This document shows positions 8,208 through 17,984 of a DNA stretch of 64,000 bases, in pieces. The notes under the pieces are model-generated. The model had not been told where the DNA came from and did not search any database. It saw only the letters and a list, made by a program, of their open reading frames with translations. Location of the stretch: NCBI GenBank assembly GCA_937903155.1, contig CALCZU010000030.1, forward strand, positions 5,257 through 69,256. The letters are read 5' to 3'. This DNA comes from an uncultured Bdellovibrionales bacterium. Its GTDB lineage: Bacteria > Bdellovibrionota > FAC87 > UBA2466. Each line of letters begins with the position of its first letter. The first letter of the stretch is position 1. The translations under genes and the position numbers were made by a program.

Positions 8208-9776
8208 ATGTGCGGGCGTCGTGTATCAGTGGGATTTTACTTAAGATTATTTGCATTCCTGCTCGCGTCTTTCTACCCCCAAATGAATCTTCTGGGGGCG
8301 CGACGTGCTCGACCCGATTGCAAAACCGAAAGTAAAAATTTAGCAGAGCCAGACCAGATTAAATTCAGAAAGATTTTTTACGTGGAGGATTTCGAAGACG
8401 CCGGAAAAATGGAAGAAGAGCTGAGCGAGGCAAAAGCCTTGATGAAAGAATTGAAGGACGGAGGAGTGATGACCGAAGATGTCTGGGGAAAGCGCTTCGA
8501 AGTCAGACGATTGAGCGAGATTGAGAACAGACTGCTTTTTAAATCTTTGCATTTTTTGAGATTTCGGATCAAAAGAGCTCAAGCTTTGATCCGTCGCCAT
8601 GAAGCACCCTCAAACCAAAATGCCGACGAAGCTAGTAAAACAATCCAAGCTGATTTTAAGATGGCACAGGAGTTAGTCAGTCTTTTGCATTCGGCACATT
8701 TCCCTTTAGTTTTTTTTCTTACCGATAAACAATATTCGTCCATTTTAAAAAATTTCGCCAAGGCGGAACTAGGGATAGTTGAGGTAGGTTCGCATGCCTT
8801 GTTGAAGGTGATTGAACGCTACGATTATAGAATGAATTTTACCTTTGGAAGCTATGCGGGCGCCGTCCTCAGGAATTGTTTTATTGAATTGAATCAAAAA
8901 GTCATAGAGCAGGGTGGAAAAACTGTCTCTTTGGATCTTTTAAACTCAACCCTAGATGACAATAAGAGAGCTTTCGTGATGACGGAAGATACGAAAACTG
9001 AGGGAGCTTTAGATCTCGTAAAAAGAACTGAACTCATCGAGGTTGTCAGAGAAGCCGTGAAAACCATGACCGAGGAACAAGCTAAAATCATTTCTCATTT
9101 ATACGGCTTGGACCCGTATGAAAAATTAAATCATATTGAGATTTCAAAACGACTCGGGATCCGAGCGAGTCGAGTGAAAGCGATTCAACAGCGAATTGAA
9201 AGACTCCTCGCCGAAAAGTTACAAGGTTACTGGGGTGCGGGTACTTCTGTGGAGATAAAATCGAATGCGGACAAACCTGCCGTTTCCGCACAACAGCCCC
9301 AAAGAGAGAAAATGGCCGAACCTCAGCATGTCAGCGATTCGAAAGTAAATGATTTCGCGATAAAACTCGATCTTCGATTGACCCCAAAACTAAAGCGACA
9401 GGTTGAAATCTATCTCCAGTATGAACAAACCCAAGGTTCTTTTAGAGAAAGAATATTCAAACTTTCGGACCGATTCAAAATAGAACCTTACAAAATAAAA
9501 GTAGCGGTTGAAGAGATCCAAACGCTTTTAAAGAAGAAAATTCCGCAGGTTAAAATCGATCCCACAAAAGTAGAGACGCAGTTGCTCGAAGCGATCGCGA
9601 ACTCTCGATTACCGTTGTCTGATCGGCAACTTGATCTTATGAAAATGTACTACGAATTCGACGGAACCCATCAGCGAAGACTGCGATTGATCGCTCCGAA
9701 ACTTAAAATGGAGCTAAAAGTACTACAAAGAGAGATTGACCTAATCATGGATGTGTTTCAGCAAAACAAACCCTGA
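8208..9776 (+). CDS. Atypical sigma-70 family protein with long N- and C-terminal extensions
   Basis: Region-2-like LLKVIERYDYRMNFTFGSYAGAVLRNCFIE. Region-4 HTH LTEEQAKIISHLYGLDPYEKLNHIEISKRLGIRASRVKAIQQRIERLL. Start uncertain (alternatives ATG 8283, 8409). Confidence 0.6.
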   Translation: MCGRRVSVGFYLRLFAFLLASFYPQMNLLGARRARPDCKTESKNLAEPDQIKFRKIFYVEDFEDAGKMEEELSEAKALMKELKDGGVMTEDVWGKRFEVRRLSEIENRLLFKSLHFLRFRIKRAQALIRRHEAPSNQNADEASKTIQADFKMAQELVSLLHSAHFPLVFFLTDKQYSSILKNFAKAELGIVEVGSHALLKVIERYDYRMNFTFGSYAGAVLRNCFIELNQKVIEQGGKTVSLDLLNSTLDDNKRAFVMTEDTKTEGALDLVKRTELIEVVREAVKTMTEEQAKIISHLYGLDPYEKLNHIEISKRLGIRASRVKAIQQRIERLLAEKLQGYWGAGTSVEIKSNADKPAVSAQQPQREKMAEPQHVSDSKVNDFAIKLDLRLTPKLKRQVEIYLQYEQTQGSFRERIFKLSDRFKIEPYKIKVAVEEIQTLLKKKIPQVKIDPTKVETQLLEAIANSRLPLSDRQLDLMKMYYEFDGTHQRRLRLIAPKLKMELKVLQREIDLIMDVFQQNKP

Positions 9777-9868
9777 GATTTGACTTCTTGCGTAATTTAA
9801 TTGTGAAGAAATTCTCATATTTTGTGGAAACCCTGCCGATAGGTTAAGTGACCGTTCTCTATCGCACC

Positions 9869-11005
9869 ATGAACCTCAAATCTAAATTCACCACTAAAAA
9901 TGTTCTTACTATCTCGGGTATTTACGTATTGATTCTCCTCTGCCTTGAATTCGCGGGGCACTTTACGATCAAGTACATTGAAAGTCGCCGGCCGAGCGGA
10001 ATTTACGCTGAAAATATCATGAGCTTGCACGAGCCCGTGCTCGATTTCGCGCTCAAAAAGAAGGTCGATGAAAATTTTCCCGGTTGGAATGTAAAGACGA
10101 ATGTATTGGGATACCGCATCGGGCAGGATTTCGAACTCGAAAAGCCGAAGGATACTTTACGCATTGTTTTAATGGGCGGCTCGACGATTTTCGGTTGGGG
10201 GGTCGGGAGCGAAGACAGTATTCCTGTGCTTCTTCAAAAGCTCATCACCGACGAAATAGCCAAATCAGGACGCTCAATTGCAAATCTCCCTAAAAAGGTT
10301 GAAGTCATTAATGCGGGCGTACCTTGGTACACCACCTGGAATGAAGCCGCCCTCACTGTCCACCGCGTGATGATGTTGAAACCTGACTGGGTAATTGCCT
10401 TTGATGGTCTAAACGATGCTGCGAAATCCCTCGCTCCCGAATGGAAGCCAATTTACAAAGGCTACGAAGATGTCGCGACCACACTCGTGCGGGAAAGGCT
10501 TGAACATAAAGTCACACTCAAAGATTTTCTTCTCGAAGTCGCAAACTTAAGTCCAACGGTGCGTTATCTCTACGCGAAACTCCACGCCAAAAAAGAAATG
10601 CAAATGGGCGCTTACCACCCAGAAGTTTGGGACCAGTACGTTTACTACCACGAAATCGTCAAAGCGCTTTGCGATGGCAAAGGGGTCCGTTATTCCGCCT
10701 TTCTTCAGCCGGTCATGATGGTCCACAAGCCATTGCACGAACAGGAGCTTAAGACGAACTTCACTAGTATGCGGGATGACAAAATCGCTCAGACCTTTAA
10801 AAAAGTCTATCTGATTGGCGAAGCCGCTCTCGAAAAAGCTTCGTTTAAGATTACGAATCTCGCCGCTGTTTTTGAGAACACGAAAGATGTGATTTACCTA
10901 GATGGGTTGCATTATAATAGGCTCGGCAATATGATGCTCGCTGAGGCTATTTTTAATAATGAAGTCAAACCCAAGCTTTCGACTATGATGAATGCTGGGT
11001 TGTAG
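9869..11005 (+). CDS. SGNH/GDSL-like hydrolase family protein, membrane anchored
   Basis: Block I VLMGGSTIFGWG, block III FDGLNDA, block V LDGLHYN. N-terminal TM helix. ATG 9869 lies inside the GTG-9848 ORF. Confidence 0.65.
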   Translation: MNLKSKFTTKNVLTISGIYVLILLCLEFAGHFTIKYIESRRPSGIYAENIMSLHEPVLDFALKKKVDENFPGWNVKTNVLGYRIGQDFELEKPKDTLRIVLMGGSTIFGWGVGSEDSIPVLLQKLITDEIAKSGRSIANLPKKVEVINAGVPWYTTWNEAALTVHRVMMLKPDWVIAFDGLNDAAKSLAPEWKPIYKGYEDVATTLVRERLEHKVTLKDFLLEVANLSPTVRYLYAKLHAKKEMQMGAYHPEVWDQYVYYHEIVKALCDGKGVRYSAFLQPVMMVHKPLHEQELKTNFTSMRDDKIAQTFKKVYLIGEAALEKASFKITNLAAVFENTKDVIYLDGLHYNRLGNMMLAEAIFNNEVKPKLSTMMNAGL

Positions 11006-11013
11006 GAGCATCC

Positions 11014-11700
11014 ATGAAAAAACTTTTCCTTCTCTCTCTTCTTTGCGTTAGCACGTTTGTTTGGGCAGAACCCACGACTCAAAGTATGGATCAGCAATTT
11101 TTGCAGATGATGCAAAAACGCGCTGAAGAAACTGCGAAAGAAGAAGAATTTAAAAATCCTAAAAAACCAAAAATCGACGGAACTCGCGCTGCTTTAGGCT
11201 CTAAATCTGCAGCGATCCAAATTATCGAGTACTCGGATTTTCAATGCCCTTACTGCAAAAGAGGCGCTGACACCGTGAAAGAAGTGCGTGAGCATTTCAA
11301 AGGGAAGGTTTACTTCCAATTCAAACATCTTCCACTTCCTTTCCACCCTTTTGCGATGAATGCGGCAAAAGTATTTGAAGCTATTGCTTTGCAAGATGCA
11401 AAAAAGGCCTACGCTTACCACGACGAAATTTTTGCTCACCAAGAAGCTCTCTCGGGAGGCGACAATTACCTCTTTGAAGTCGCGAAAAAAGTCGGTGCGA
11501 ATGTCGACAAAGTGAAAAAAGATATGACTTCTGAAAAAGTTCAAAAACGGATCAACGAAGACATGGAAGAAGCGAAAAGTTTCGGCATCCAAGGAACTCC
11601 AGGTTACATCGTGATGGGAGTCTCTCTTAAAGGCGCGTATCCGAAAGAAGAGTTTTATAGCATCGTCGAAAAACGCCAAGCGAAGAAATCAGCCAAGTAA
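11014..11700 (+). CDS. Periplasmic DsbA-family thiol:disulfide oxidoreductase
   Basis: Signal peptide. YSDFQCPYC thioredoxin-fold active site. Confidence 0.8.
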   Translation: MKKLFLLSLLCVSTFVWAEPTTQSMDQQFLQMMQKRAEETAKEEEFKNPKKPKIDGTRAALGSKSAAIQIIEYSDFQCPYCKRGADTVKEVREHFKGKVYFQFKHLPLPFHPFAMNAAKVFEAIALQDAKKAYAYHDEIFAHQEALSGGDNYLFEVAKKVGANVDKVKKDMTSEKVQKRINEDMEEAKSFGIQGTPGYIVMGVSLKGAYPKEEFYSIVEKRQAKKSAK

Positions 11701-12504
11701 TTTGATTTGGCTCTCGTATTGCGGGAGACAATAAACTGTTTGGTCATTGATTTGGCAGAAACGGTAGCCGCAGTCTTTTAAAAAAAGATTAATTTCGGAG
11801 ATCTGGTGTTCGGAAAGCACTTGCGGATGGTATTCGAGTGCGAGGATCTGCACCTTCTTCTGCTTGAAAATTTCTTTGCCACCTTCAATCACGAGAGCTT
11901 CCGCGCCTTCGCAGTCAATTTTCATCAGGCGAATCTCATCGATTCCATTTTCTAAACAATATTTTTCAAGCGTTTGAGTGGGAACGGTTTCTTTCACTGT
12001 ACTCATTTTCGAAACCTGAAAAAGACTCGAAGATCCCGTGTTCGTGTTGGGTCGCAAGTAGAGTTCAGTCGTCCCTTCTTGTGCGGAGAGCGCAACTCGC
12101 GAAACCGAAACATTTTTGCATCGGTTTAGTTCCAGATTTTTTTCGATCACAGGAATCAGACGGCTCTGAGGTTCAACGCAGAAAACTCTACCGTTTTTAA
12201 TGACCCTCGAAGCGAGGACTGAGAAATAGGCTTCATTGCCCCCAATATCGACGAATACATCGTTTTCTCGAAGAAGGGACATTACTAAATGCGACATCTG
12301 AGATTCGTAGATCCCATCTTTTAAAAGTGCCTGACCAAACACTGAAACAGGGTCTGCCCAGAAGACCGCATTGAGCGACGTCGGGATAAATTTTCTCTCG
12401 ATATGCAGGATCGATTTAATACATTGGCCGAGTTCTGCCGGTCGGACTCTTAAAAGGGCGCTATAAACAAAAAGCTGAAAAGAATTAAAAGAACTGTGAG
12501 TCAT
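11689..12504 (-). CDS. FkbM-family methyltransferase
   Basis: FVDIGGNEAYFSVLAS SAM-binding motif and overall FkbM-like layout. The 3' end overlaps the dsbA-like gene by 12 nt (convergent). Confidence 0.7.
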   Translation of the reverse strand: MTHSSFNSFQLFVYSALLRVRPAELGQCIKSILHIERKFIPTSLNAVFWADPVSVFGQALLKDGIYESQMSHLVMSLLRENDVFVDIGGNEAYFSVLASRVIKNGRVFCVEPQSRLIPVIEKNLELNRCKNVSVSRVALSAQEGTTELYLRPNTNTGSSSLFQVSKMSTVKETVPTQTLEKYCLENGIDEIRLMKIDCEGAEALVIEGGKEIFKQKKVQILALEYHPQVLSEHQISEINLFLKDCGYRFCQINDQTVYCLPQYESQIKLLG

Positions 12505-12553
12505 GGATTAAAATATTCTATACTCGAACCCTGCGTCAATAACAGGTGAATAT

Positions 12554-13342
12554 ATGCTATATGAAATCTCCCAAGTTTTAAGAGTTTTTGTTTGGCCCTT
12601 TAATCTTTGCTGGCTTTCTTTAATTTTGACGCTCTACTTGCTAAAGAAAAATAAGATCATCTGGGCGAAGCGTGTTTTATGGGGAGTCATCATTTTTACT
12701 TTCATTTTTTCGCTTCCGTTTCTCGCCTACTTTCGAACGCGGATGATAGAAAGCACCTATCCCTCTAGACCCATTGCAGACTACCCAATAGCGGATGCGA
12801 TTGTCGTATTGGGAGGCAGTACGGGTGCGAAAGTTTTTCCGAGGCACGAAGCGGAAGAGGTCGACGGAAGTAGACTCCTCCCCGCAGTTCGGCTCTATCA
12901 TCTGCAAAAAGCGAAGATCATCATCGTGACCGGAGGTGTTCCCTACACCGACATCAATGGGGTTGAGAGGACCGAATCGAAGGATATGAAAGAAGTTTTG
13001 ATCGACATGGGAATTCCTGAAAACGCCATCATTGAGGAAAATCATTCGAGAAATACCGTCGAAAATGCGCTGTATACCAAAAAAATTCTCGAAGAAAATC
13101 ACTTCAAAAATATTCTATTGGTTACCGCCGCCGTTCACATGCGGCGAGCGATGATGATTTTTAACCGATTGGAAATCGCCGCTACCCCAGTTCCGTGCGT
13201 TCACAAAGCGACGCGGAAAACTTTCGGGGTTTCAGATTTTCTTCCCGAGGCAGGCGTTTTTGCAGGCATGAATTCGCTCTTAAAAGAATTCTTTGGATAT
13301 ACCCTGACGTCGCTACTCCCGTTAAAAAGCTTTTCGAAGTAA
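12554..13342 (+). CDS. YdcF/ElyC (DUF218) family envelope protein
   Basis: N-terminal TM helices, AIVVLGG and ENHSRNTVENALYTKKIL motifs typical of DUF218. Confidence 0.7.
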   Translation: MLYEISQVLRVFVWPFNLCWLSLILTLYLLKKNKIIWAKRVLWGVIIFTFIFSLPFLAYFRTRMIESTYPSRPIADYPIADAIVVLGGSTGAKVFPRHEAEEVDGSRLLPAVRLYHLQKAKIIIVTGGVPYTDINGVERTESKDMKEVLIDMGIPENAIIEENHSRNTVENALYTKKILEENHFKNILLVTAAVHMRRAMMIFNRLEIAATPVPCVHKATRKTFGVSDFLPEAGVFAGMNSLLKEFFGYTLTSLLPLKSFSK

Positions 13343-13345
13343 GAA

Positions 13346-15313
13346 TTATTTAGCCGAGACTAAATCCCCTAAAACATTCACAGCTTCTTGAATGAAAGGA
13401 TTCTTTTCGTCTTCGTCATCTTTTTTCTCTGGATCATCGGGATTAGTGGGGAGATCCTTTTTCGTATCTTTGATCTTCGTTTCGGGTTTTGTGGTTTTCG
13501 CGGCTTTAGATTCGGCCTTCAACTCTGCGAGTTTAACGATTCCAGCGTTTTTCTGTGTCTTTTCAATCTTTTTCTTAAGCTCGACAAACTTAGGATCTTT
13601 AGAAATCCGAGCGGCTGATTTATCCGATAACTTTTTGGTAACCGAATCAGTAATCGGTTCCCATTTCGATTCCGCTGCCGTCGTGTTGCCACTTTTTGAG
13701 ACAAACGTGGGAACCTTTTGTGGAGGAAGCGAGTAGTCTAGGTTCTTTTCACCGATTTCATCCGTACTGAAAATCGAGGGAAGAACAACATCCGCTTTCA
13801 CCCCTTGTTGCTGAGTAGAAACACCGCTCGGGATAAAGAACATCGCCATCGTGACTTTCATTCCGCCGAGATTAAAGGGCAAATCACTTAACGATTGAAC
13901 GGAACCTTTTCCAAACGTGTGGTCTCCGCCGACGATCACCGCGCGATGATAGTCTTTTAAAGCTCCGGCTAAAATTTCAGACGCGGAGGCACTCACACGG
14001 CTCGTGAGAACGACCAAAGGGCCATTGTATTCCACACCTTCTTGCTCGTCTGCAAGCACTTGCACATCTCCTCTGAAATTTTTAGTCGCGACAACGCCTC
14101 CGGTATTAATAAAGAATCCAGAGATTTTCACCGCTTCATCAAGAAGACCTCCGCCGTTTCGGCTTAAGTTTAAGACGATTCCATCAACCTTTTCTTTTTT
14201 CGCGGCTTGAATCGCACGTTTGATATCTTCAGAGCAAGAACGGCCTTCTTTGCCCCCGGTTCCGTAGAATCCTGGCAAATCAATGACTGCAAATTTTTTG
14301 TCTTTACCGTCGATTTTTCTTTTCTCGTAAGTCACCTTTGCAGCTTGCTCTGCGAGATCGACTTTGTCTCGAACGATCGTTGTCTCAAACGTTTCGCTCT
14401 TATCGCCTTGGCGTAAGATATTGAGAATGACTTTAGTGCCTTTCTTTCCGCGAATCATTTTAACGACATCCCGAAGATCCATATCCATGACCGAGACCGG
14501 AGTTCCGCCGGGTTGAGAAACCGAAATAATCTTGTCTTTAGGTTTTAAAACTTTTGCTCTGTCGGCACTTCCGCCTTTGATGAGTTCTTCGATCACGGTG
14601 AACCCATCTTCAGACCGGAGAGAAGCGCCGATGCCTTCTAAAGAAAGTTGCATCTGGATCTGAAAGTCTTCAAGGCTATCAGGCGAAAGGAAACTGGAAT
14701 GAGGGTCAAGTGCTTCCGCAAACGCGTCTAAGAAATACGCGTAGACGTCACTGGCTTTTCTATCTCGAAATCTCTTTGTAATCAGTTCATAGCGATGGAT
14801 GAGCTGTTTTTTTGCGTCAGCGGGCTTCACTTTAGCGAGTTGCAAATTGTACATTTGAAAGTGCAACATTTTTTTAATGGTGTTGAATTTGTCTTGCGAG
14901 GTTTTTGAATAACCCCGTTTTTTCGGATCAGTCGTCAATTCGGTGTTCTCATCTAAAACATATTTATCGTTGATGAAGGATTTCACGAAAGCTTCATTCT
15001 CTTCGGCGCGCGAAATCACTTTTTTCTGAACTTCAAAAAGATCCGAACAGGTTCCGGTCTTTGCTTTTTCGAATACTTTTGTCAGAAGCGTTTTGAGTTC
15101 GCTGATATCCGATTCGATGAACATGGTTTTCGAAGGGTCTTGATTTTTCAGATACTGATCAACCGTGTGACTTTTAATCTCATTGGTCAGCGTTTTATGG
15201 ACGTAGTGGGCTTTTAAAAAGGCTTCGGTGATTTGAGGGACGTGAGAACATTGCAGTTCTAAAGAAAAGCTAAGGGAGCTAAAGATTGCAAATGCCGAGA
15301 TGAGTCTAAACAT
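13346..15313 (-). CDS. S41 family C-terminal processing (tail-specific) peptidase
   Basis: PDZ region, NGGGLL, SASASEILAGALKD (catalytic Ser) and FGKGSVQ motifs. ATG 15313 has an AAGGAA Shine-Dalgarno and gives the signal peptide MFRLISAFAIFSSLSFS. Confidence 0.85.
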   Translation of the reverse strand: MFRLISAFAIFSSLSFSLELQCSHVPQITEAFLKAHYVHKTLTNEIKSHTVDQYLKNQDPSKTMFIESDISELKTLLTKVFEKAKTGTCSDLFEVQKKVISRAEENEAFVKSFINDKYVLDENTELTTDPKKRGYSKTSQDKFNTIKKMLHFQMYNLQLAKVKPADAKKQLIHRYELITKRFRDRKASDVYAYFLDAFAEALDPHSSFLSPDSLEDFQIQMQLSLEGIGASLRSEDGFTVIEELIKGGSADRAKVLKPKDKIISVSQPGGTPVSVMDMDLRDVVKMIRGKKGTKVILNILRQGDKSETFETTIVRDKVDLAEQAAKVTYEKRKIDGKDKKFAVIDLPGFYGTGGKEGRSCSEDIKRAIQAAKKEKVDGIVLNLSRNGGGLLDEAVKISGFFINTGGVVATKNFRGDVQVLADEQEGVEYNGPLVVLTSRVSASASEILAGALKDYHRAVIVGGDHTFGKGSVQSLSDLPFNLGGMKVTMAMFFIPSGVSTQQQGVKADVVLPSIFSTDEIGEKNLDYSLPPQKVPTFVSKSGNTTAAESKWEPITDSVTKKLSDKSAARISKDPKFVELKKKIEKTQKNAGIVKLAELKAESKAAKTTKPETKIKDTKKDLPTNPDDPEKKDDEDEKNPFIQEAVNVLGDLVSAK

Positions 15314-15430
15314 AAATGATTCCTTATAGTTAGCATATGATAATATCACGGTTAATGAGATGAGAGAAGGTTGAAATCTGGATACAGCTCTCTCTATTAT
15401 ATGATAAAACTGAATTTAAGGGAGCAGCAT

Positions 15431-16480
15431 ATGACACAAAATAATAACCCCATCGGACTCCAGGGCATCGAGTTCATTGAATTCAGTACTCGATCACCTG
15501 AAACCATCGAAAAACTGTTTTACGCATTCGGTTTCTCTAAATTAATGCGCCATTCCACAAGGAATGTAAATTACTACAACCAAAATGACATTCACTTTCT
15601 CATCAACCACGATAAAAATTCATTTGGAGCAAAATTCGAAGCGCTCCATGGCCCTTGTGTTTCGGCAATGGGCTGGCGTGTGAAGAGTGCAGATGCGGCT
15701 TTTAAAAAAGCTTTAGAACTCGGAGCGAAAGCGGCCGAGGTCGGAGATTACCAAGTTCAAAAGGGAGAAAAACTTCGAGCGATTTACGGAATCGGCGACA
15801 GCCTCATCTATTTCATTGAGAATTGGAAAGAAAAAGACCGTTATGAACGAATGGGTTTTGAAAAGACTGAACCCGTTCTTCACAAAGAAAAAGGTTTTCT
15901 CTGTGTCGACCATCTCACGAACAATGTTCCTCAAGGAACGATGAAGCATTGGTCTGATTTTTATAAGAATATTTTTGGGTTTACCGAGATTAAATATTTT
16001 GACATTAAAGGCGTGAAAACAGGTTTGATTTCCTACGCCTTAAAATCCCCGTGTGGAACTTTCTGTATTCCAATCAATGAAGGCACCGACGCCAAATCTC
16101 AAATCAACGAGTATTTGGAAGAATACAAAGGAGCGGGCGTTCAGCATATCGCGCTTCTGACGACGGATATCATTTCGAGTTTAGATGCCATTCAAAGCAA
16201 AGAAATTCAGACTTTGGATATTGATAATGAATATTACGAAGAAGTTTTCGATAGAGTTCCCAACGTCACCGAAGATCACGCTGAACTTCAGCGCTTAAAA
16301 ATTTTAGCGGATGGAGATGATGAAGGATACTTGCTTCAGATCTTTACGAAGAATTTAATTGGTCCCATTTTTATCGAAATCATTCAACGAAAAAACCATC
16401 ACGCGTTTGGAGAAGGCAATTTCGGAGCCCTGTTCCGCTCGATCGAAAGAGATCAGCAAAAACGCGGTTATTTGAAATAG
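15431..16480 (+). CDS. hppD: 4-hydroxyphenylpyruvate dioxygenase
   Basis: GIEFIEF, GVQHIAL, LLQIFT, FIEIIQR and GFGEGNFGALFRSIERDQ motifs. ATG 15431 lies inside the longer ORF. Confidence 0.9.
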   Translation: MTQNNNPIGLQGIEFIEFSTRSPETIEKLFYAFGFSKLMRHSTRNVNYYNQNDIHFLINHDKNSFGAKFEALHGPCVSAMGWRVKSADAAFKKALELGAKAAEVGDYQVQKGEKLRAIYGIGDSLIYFIENWKEKDRYERMGFEKTEPVLHKEKGFLCVDHLTNNVPQGTMKHWSDFYKNIFGFTEIKYFDIKGVKTGLISYALKSPCGTFCIPINEGTDAKSQINEYLEEYKGAGVQHIALLTTDIISSLDAIQSKEIQTLDIDNEYYEEVFDRVPNVTEDHAELQRLKILADGDDEGYLLQIFTKNLIGPIFIEIIQRKNHHAFGEGNFGALFRSIERDQQKRGYLK

Positions 16481-16483
16481 TCT

Positions 16484-17221
16484 TTAGCTGGGCAGACACA
16501 TTTTCTTTCCTCCCAAACAGGGTTTAGGCGGGGGTTGTGGAGGATTGTGTGGACCGGGCCGTGGATGGGGTTGTATCGGAGGCATTGGAGGCCTTGGCGG
16601 CGGGTTGGGGGGGTGTGGCGGTTGTGGAGGCGCGCAACTCCTAGTTTGAATTTGGTAAATCAGTCCCGACGAAACATCGATTGTATCGACGGCAGCCAAA
16701 GTTTGATCGCCGGCTGGATTAGTCGCGACCGAAAGTTGTGAAATCACTCGTAACGTGACGTCTTTACCGCAAGGTGACCAGACCATTTCTTGATTTGCAA
16801 TTCGGTGCGAGAGAAAAAAATTCCCTCTTGCTTTTGCCCTGAGACCATTGCGGTGGCGAGGCCCGTTTGCTTTAATTCCTGTAAAGAAGGCGTCGACATC
16901 CAAATCCGCGCTGGCGCCTTCAGGGATACTACTAAAACCTCGATAATCCATTTCAAAAATTGAGATGGAATAGCCAGAGGGGACGTGAACAGGAATCATC
17001 AGCTCGCAGGCTTTGCGGTCGCGTCTTTGTGAAGCATTTGCCTCGACCGTAAAAGCGTCAAAAAGAATACTGAGTTGAGTAGCATCCGGACTCAGTACGG
17101 TGGCAGCGGATCCGTTGGGACAACCGGTTCCCCGATAATCAGGAATTCCCAATGAAAGCGAGTCTGCAAAAACTGAATTTACAGAGAAAAATGCGCAAAC
17201 GAGTATCCAGTGTTTTTTCAT
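16484..17221 (-). CDS. Exported protein (DUF4360-like from memory) with a poly-proline C-terminal tail
   Basis: Signal peptide MKKHWILVCAFFSVNSVFA preceded by a GGGGGAG Shine-Dalgarno. GTGCPNGS...LSILFDAFTVEA pattern. C-terminal PPQPPHPPNPPPRPPMPPIQPHPRPGPHNPPQPPPKP. Confidence 0.6.
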   Translation of the reverse strand: MKKHWILVCAFFSVNSVFADSLSLGIPDYRGTGCPNGSAATVLSPDATQLSILFDAFTVEANASQRRDRKACELMIPVHVPSGYSISIFEMDYRGFSSIPEGASADLDVDAFFTGIKANGPRHRNGLRAKARGNFFLSHRIANQEMVWSPCGKDVTLRVISQLSVATNPAGDQTLAAVDTIDVSSGLIYQIQTRSCAPPQPPHPPNPPPRPPMPPIQPHPRPGPHNPPQPPPKPCLGGKKMCLPS

Positions 17222-17333
17222 GGCTCCCCCAACATTCATTCAGTGCAAAGGAGTGGCCAACGTTTTACGCACGGAAGCTTTCAACGTTTTGAAAATTTAA
17301 CGCTAGTGGATTCTATCTGACACCGGGCGGGAC

Positions 17334-17978
17334 TTAAAAAATACGGAAAGTGACGCGGCGATTTTTGGCTTGATTGTCGGGAAGAGAGCTTCCCGAATCG
17401 TCCTGATTGGGCGCAATGGGTTTGACATCTCCCCAGGCGATGGCGCTTGTGCGCTTTTGAAGTTTTTCGGGAAGGTTCAAAGCTCTTAAAACCGCCAACG
17501 CGCGTTTTGAAGAAAGTTCCCAATTGTCTTCGATTTCAGAAGTGTGAATCGGAACATTGTCGGTGTGCCCTTCAATTCCGATATGAAACTTTTCAGGGAC
17601 GCGGGTCAACGCTTTTGCAAGGCTCTCAAGTTTTTGTAAACCGACTTCGTGAAGACGGTAAGCACCGCTTGAGAAAAACACGTTGTCTTTCACTTCGATG
17701 AGAATGGCGTCGTCCTGACGAGACACGGAAATTTGTTCTGAGAGTTTTTGGGTTTCTGCCCATTGTTTAAAATCTTTTTCTAAAACTTGCACGGGATCGA
17801 CGGGCTTGGGTTTATTTTGAATCGTTGCAACGACTTCTTTGAAATCAGATTGTTTTACTTTTTTATAAGTGAAACTAAAAAGCATCACAAAGAATACGAA
17901 TAAAAGAATCATCAGATCGCTTAACGAGGTGAGCCATAAAAACTCTCCCGGATCTTCTTTTTTCTTTCGGTTTCGCAT
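17334..17978 (-). CDS. MotB/OmpA-family stator protein (peptidoglycan-binding)
   Basis: N-terminal TM with the conserved Asp (LTSLSDLMILLFVFF). OmpA-like domain IEGHTDNVPI...NWELSSKRALAV. Confidence 0.8.
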   Translation of the reverse strand: MRNRKKKEDPGEFLWLTSLSDLMILLFVFFVMLFSFTYKKVKQSDFKEVVATIQNKPKPVDPVQVLEKDFKQWAETQKLSEQISVSRQDDAILIEVKDNVFFSSGAYRLHEVGLQKLESLAKALTRVPEKFHIGIEGHTDNVPIHTSEIEDNWELSSKRALAVLRALNLPEKLQKRTSAIAWGDVKPIAPNQDDSGSSLPDNQAKNRRVTFRIF

Positions 17979-17984
17979 CTTTTT

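Noticed and set aside
11194-11679. 161-aa minus-strand ORF
   Set aside because: It is antisense to the DsbA-family gene (signal peptide plus CPYC motif). The composition is that of a shadow frame.
12677-13102. 141-aa minus-strand ORF
   Set aside because: It is antisense to the DUF218/YdcF gene, which has clear family motifs.
16535-16741. 68-aa plus-strand ORF rich in Trp/Arg/Gly
   Set aside because: It is the antisense reading of the poly-proline tail (CCN codons read as GGN/TGG on the other strand).
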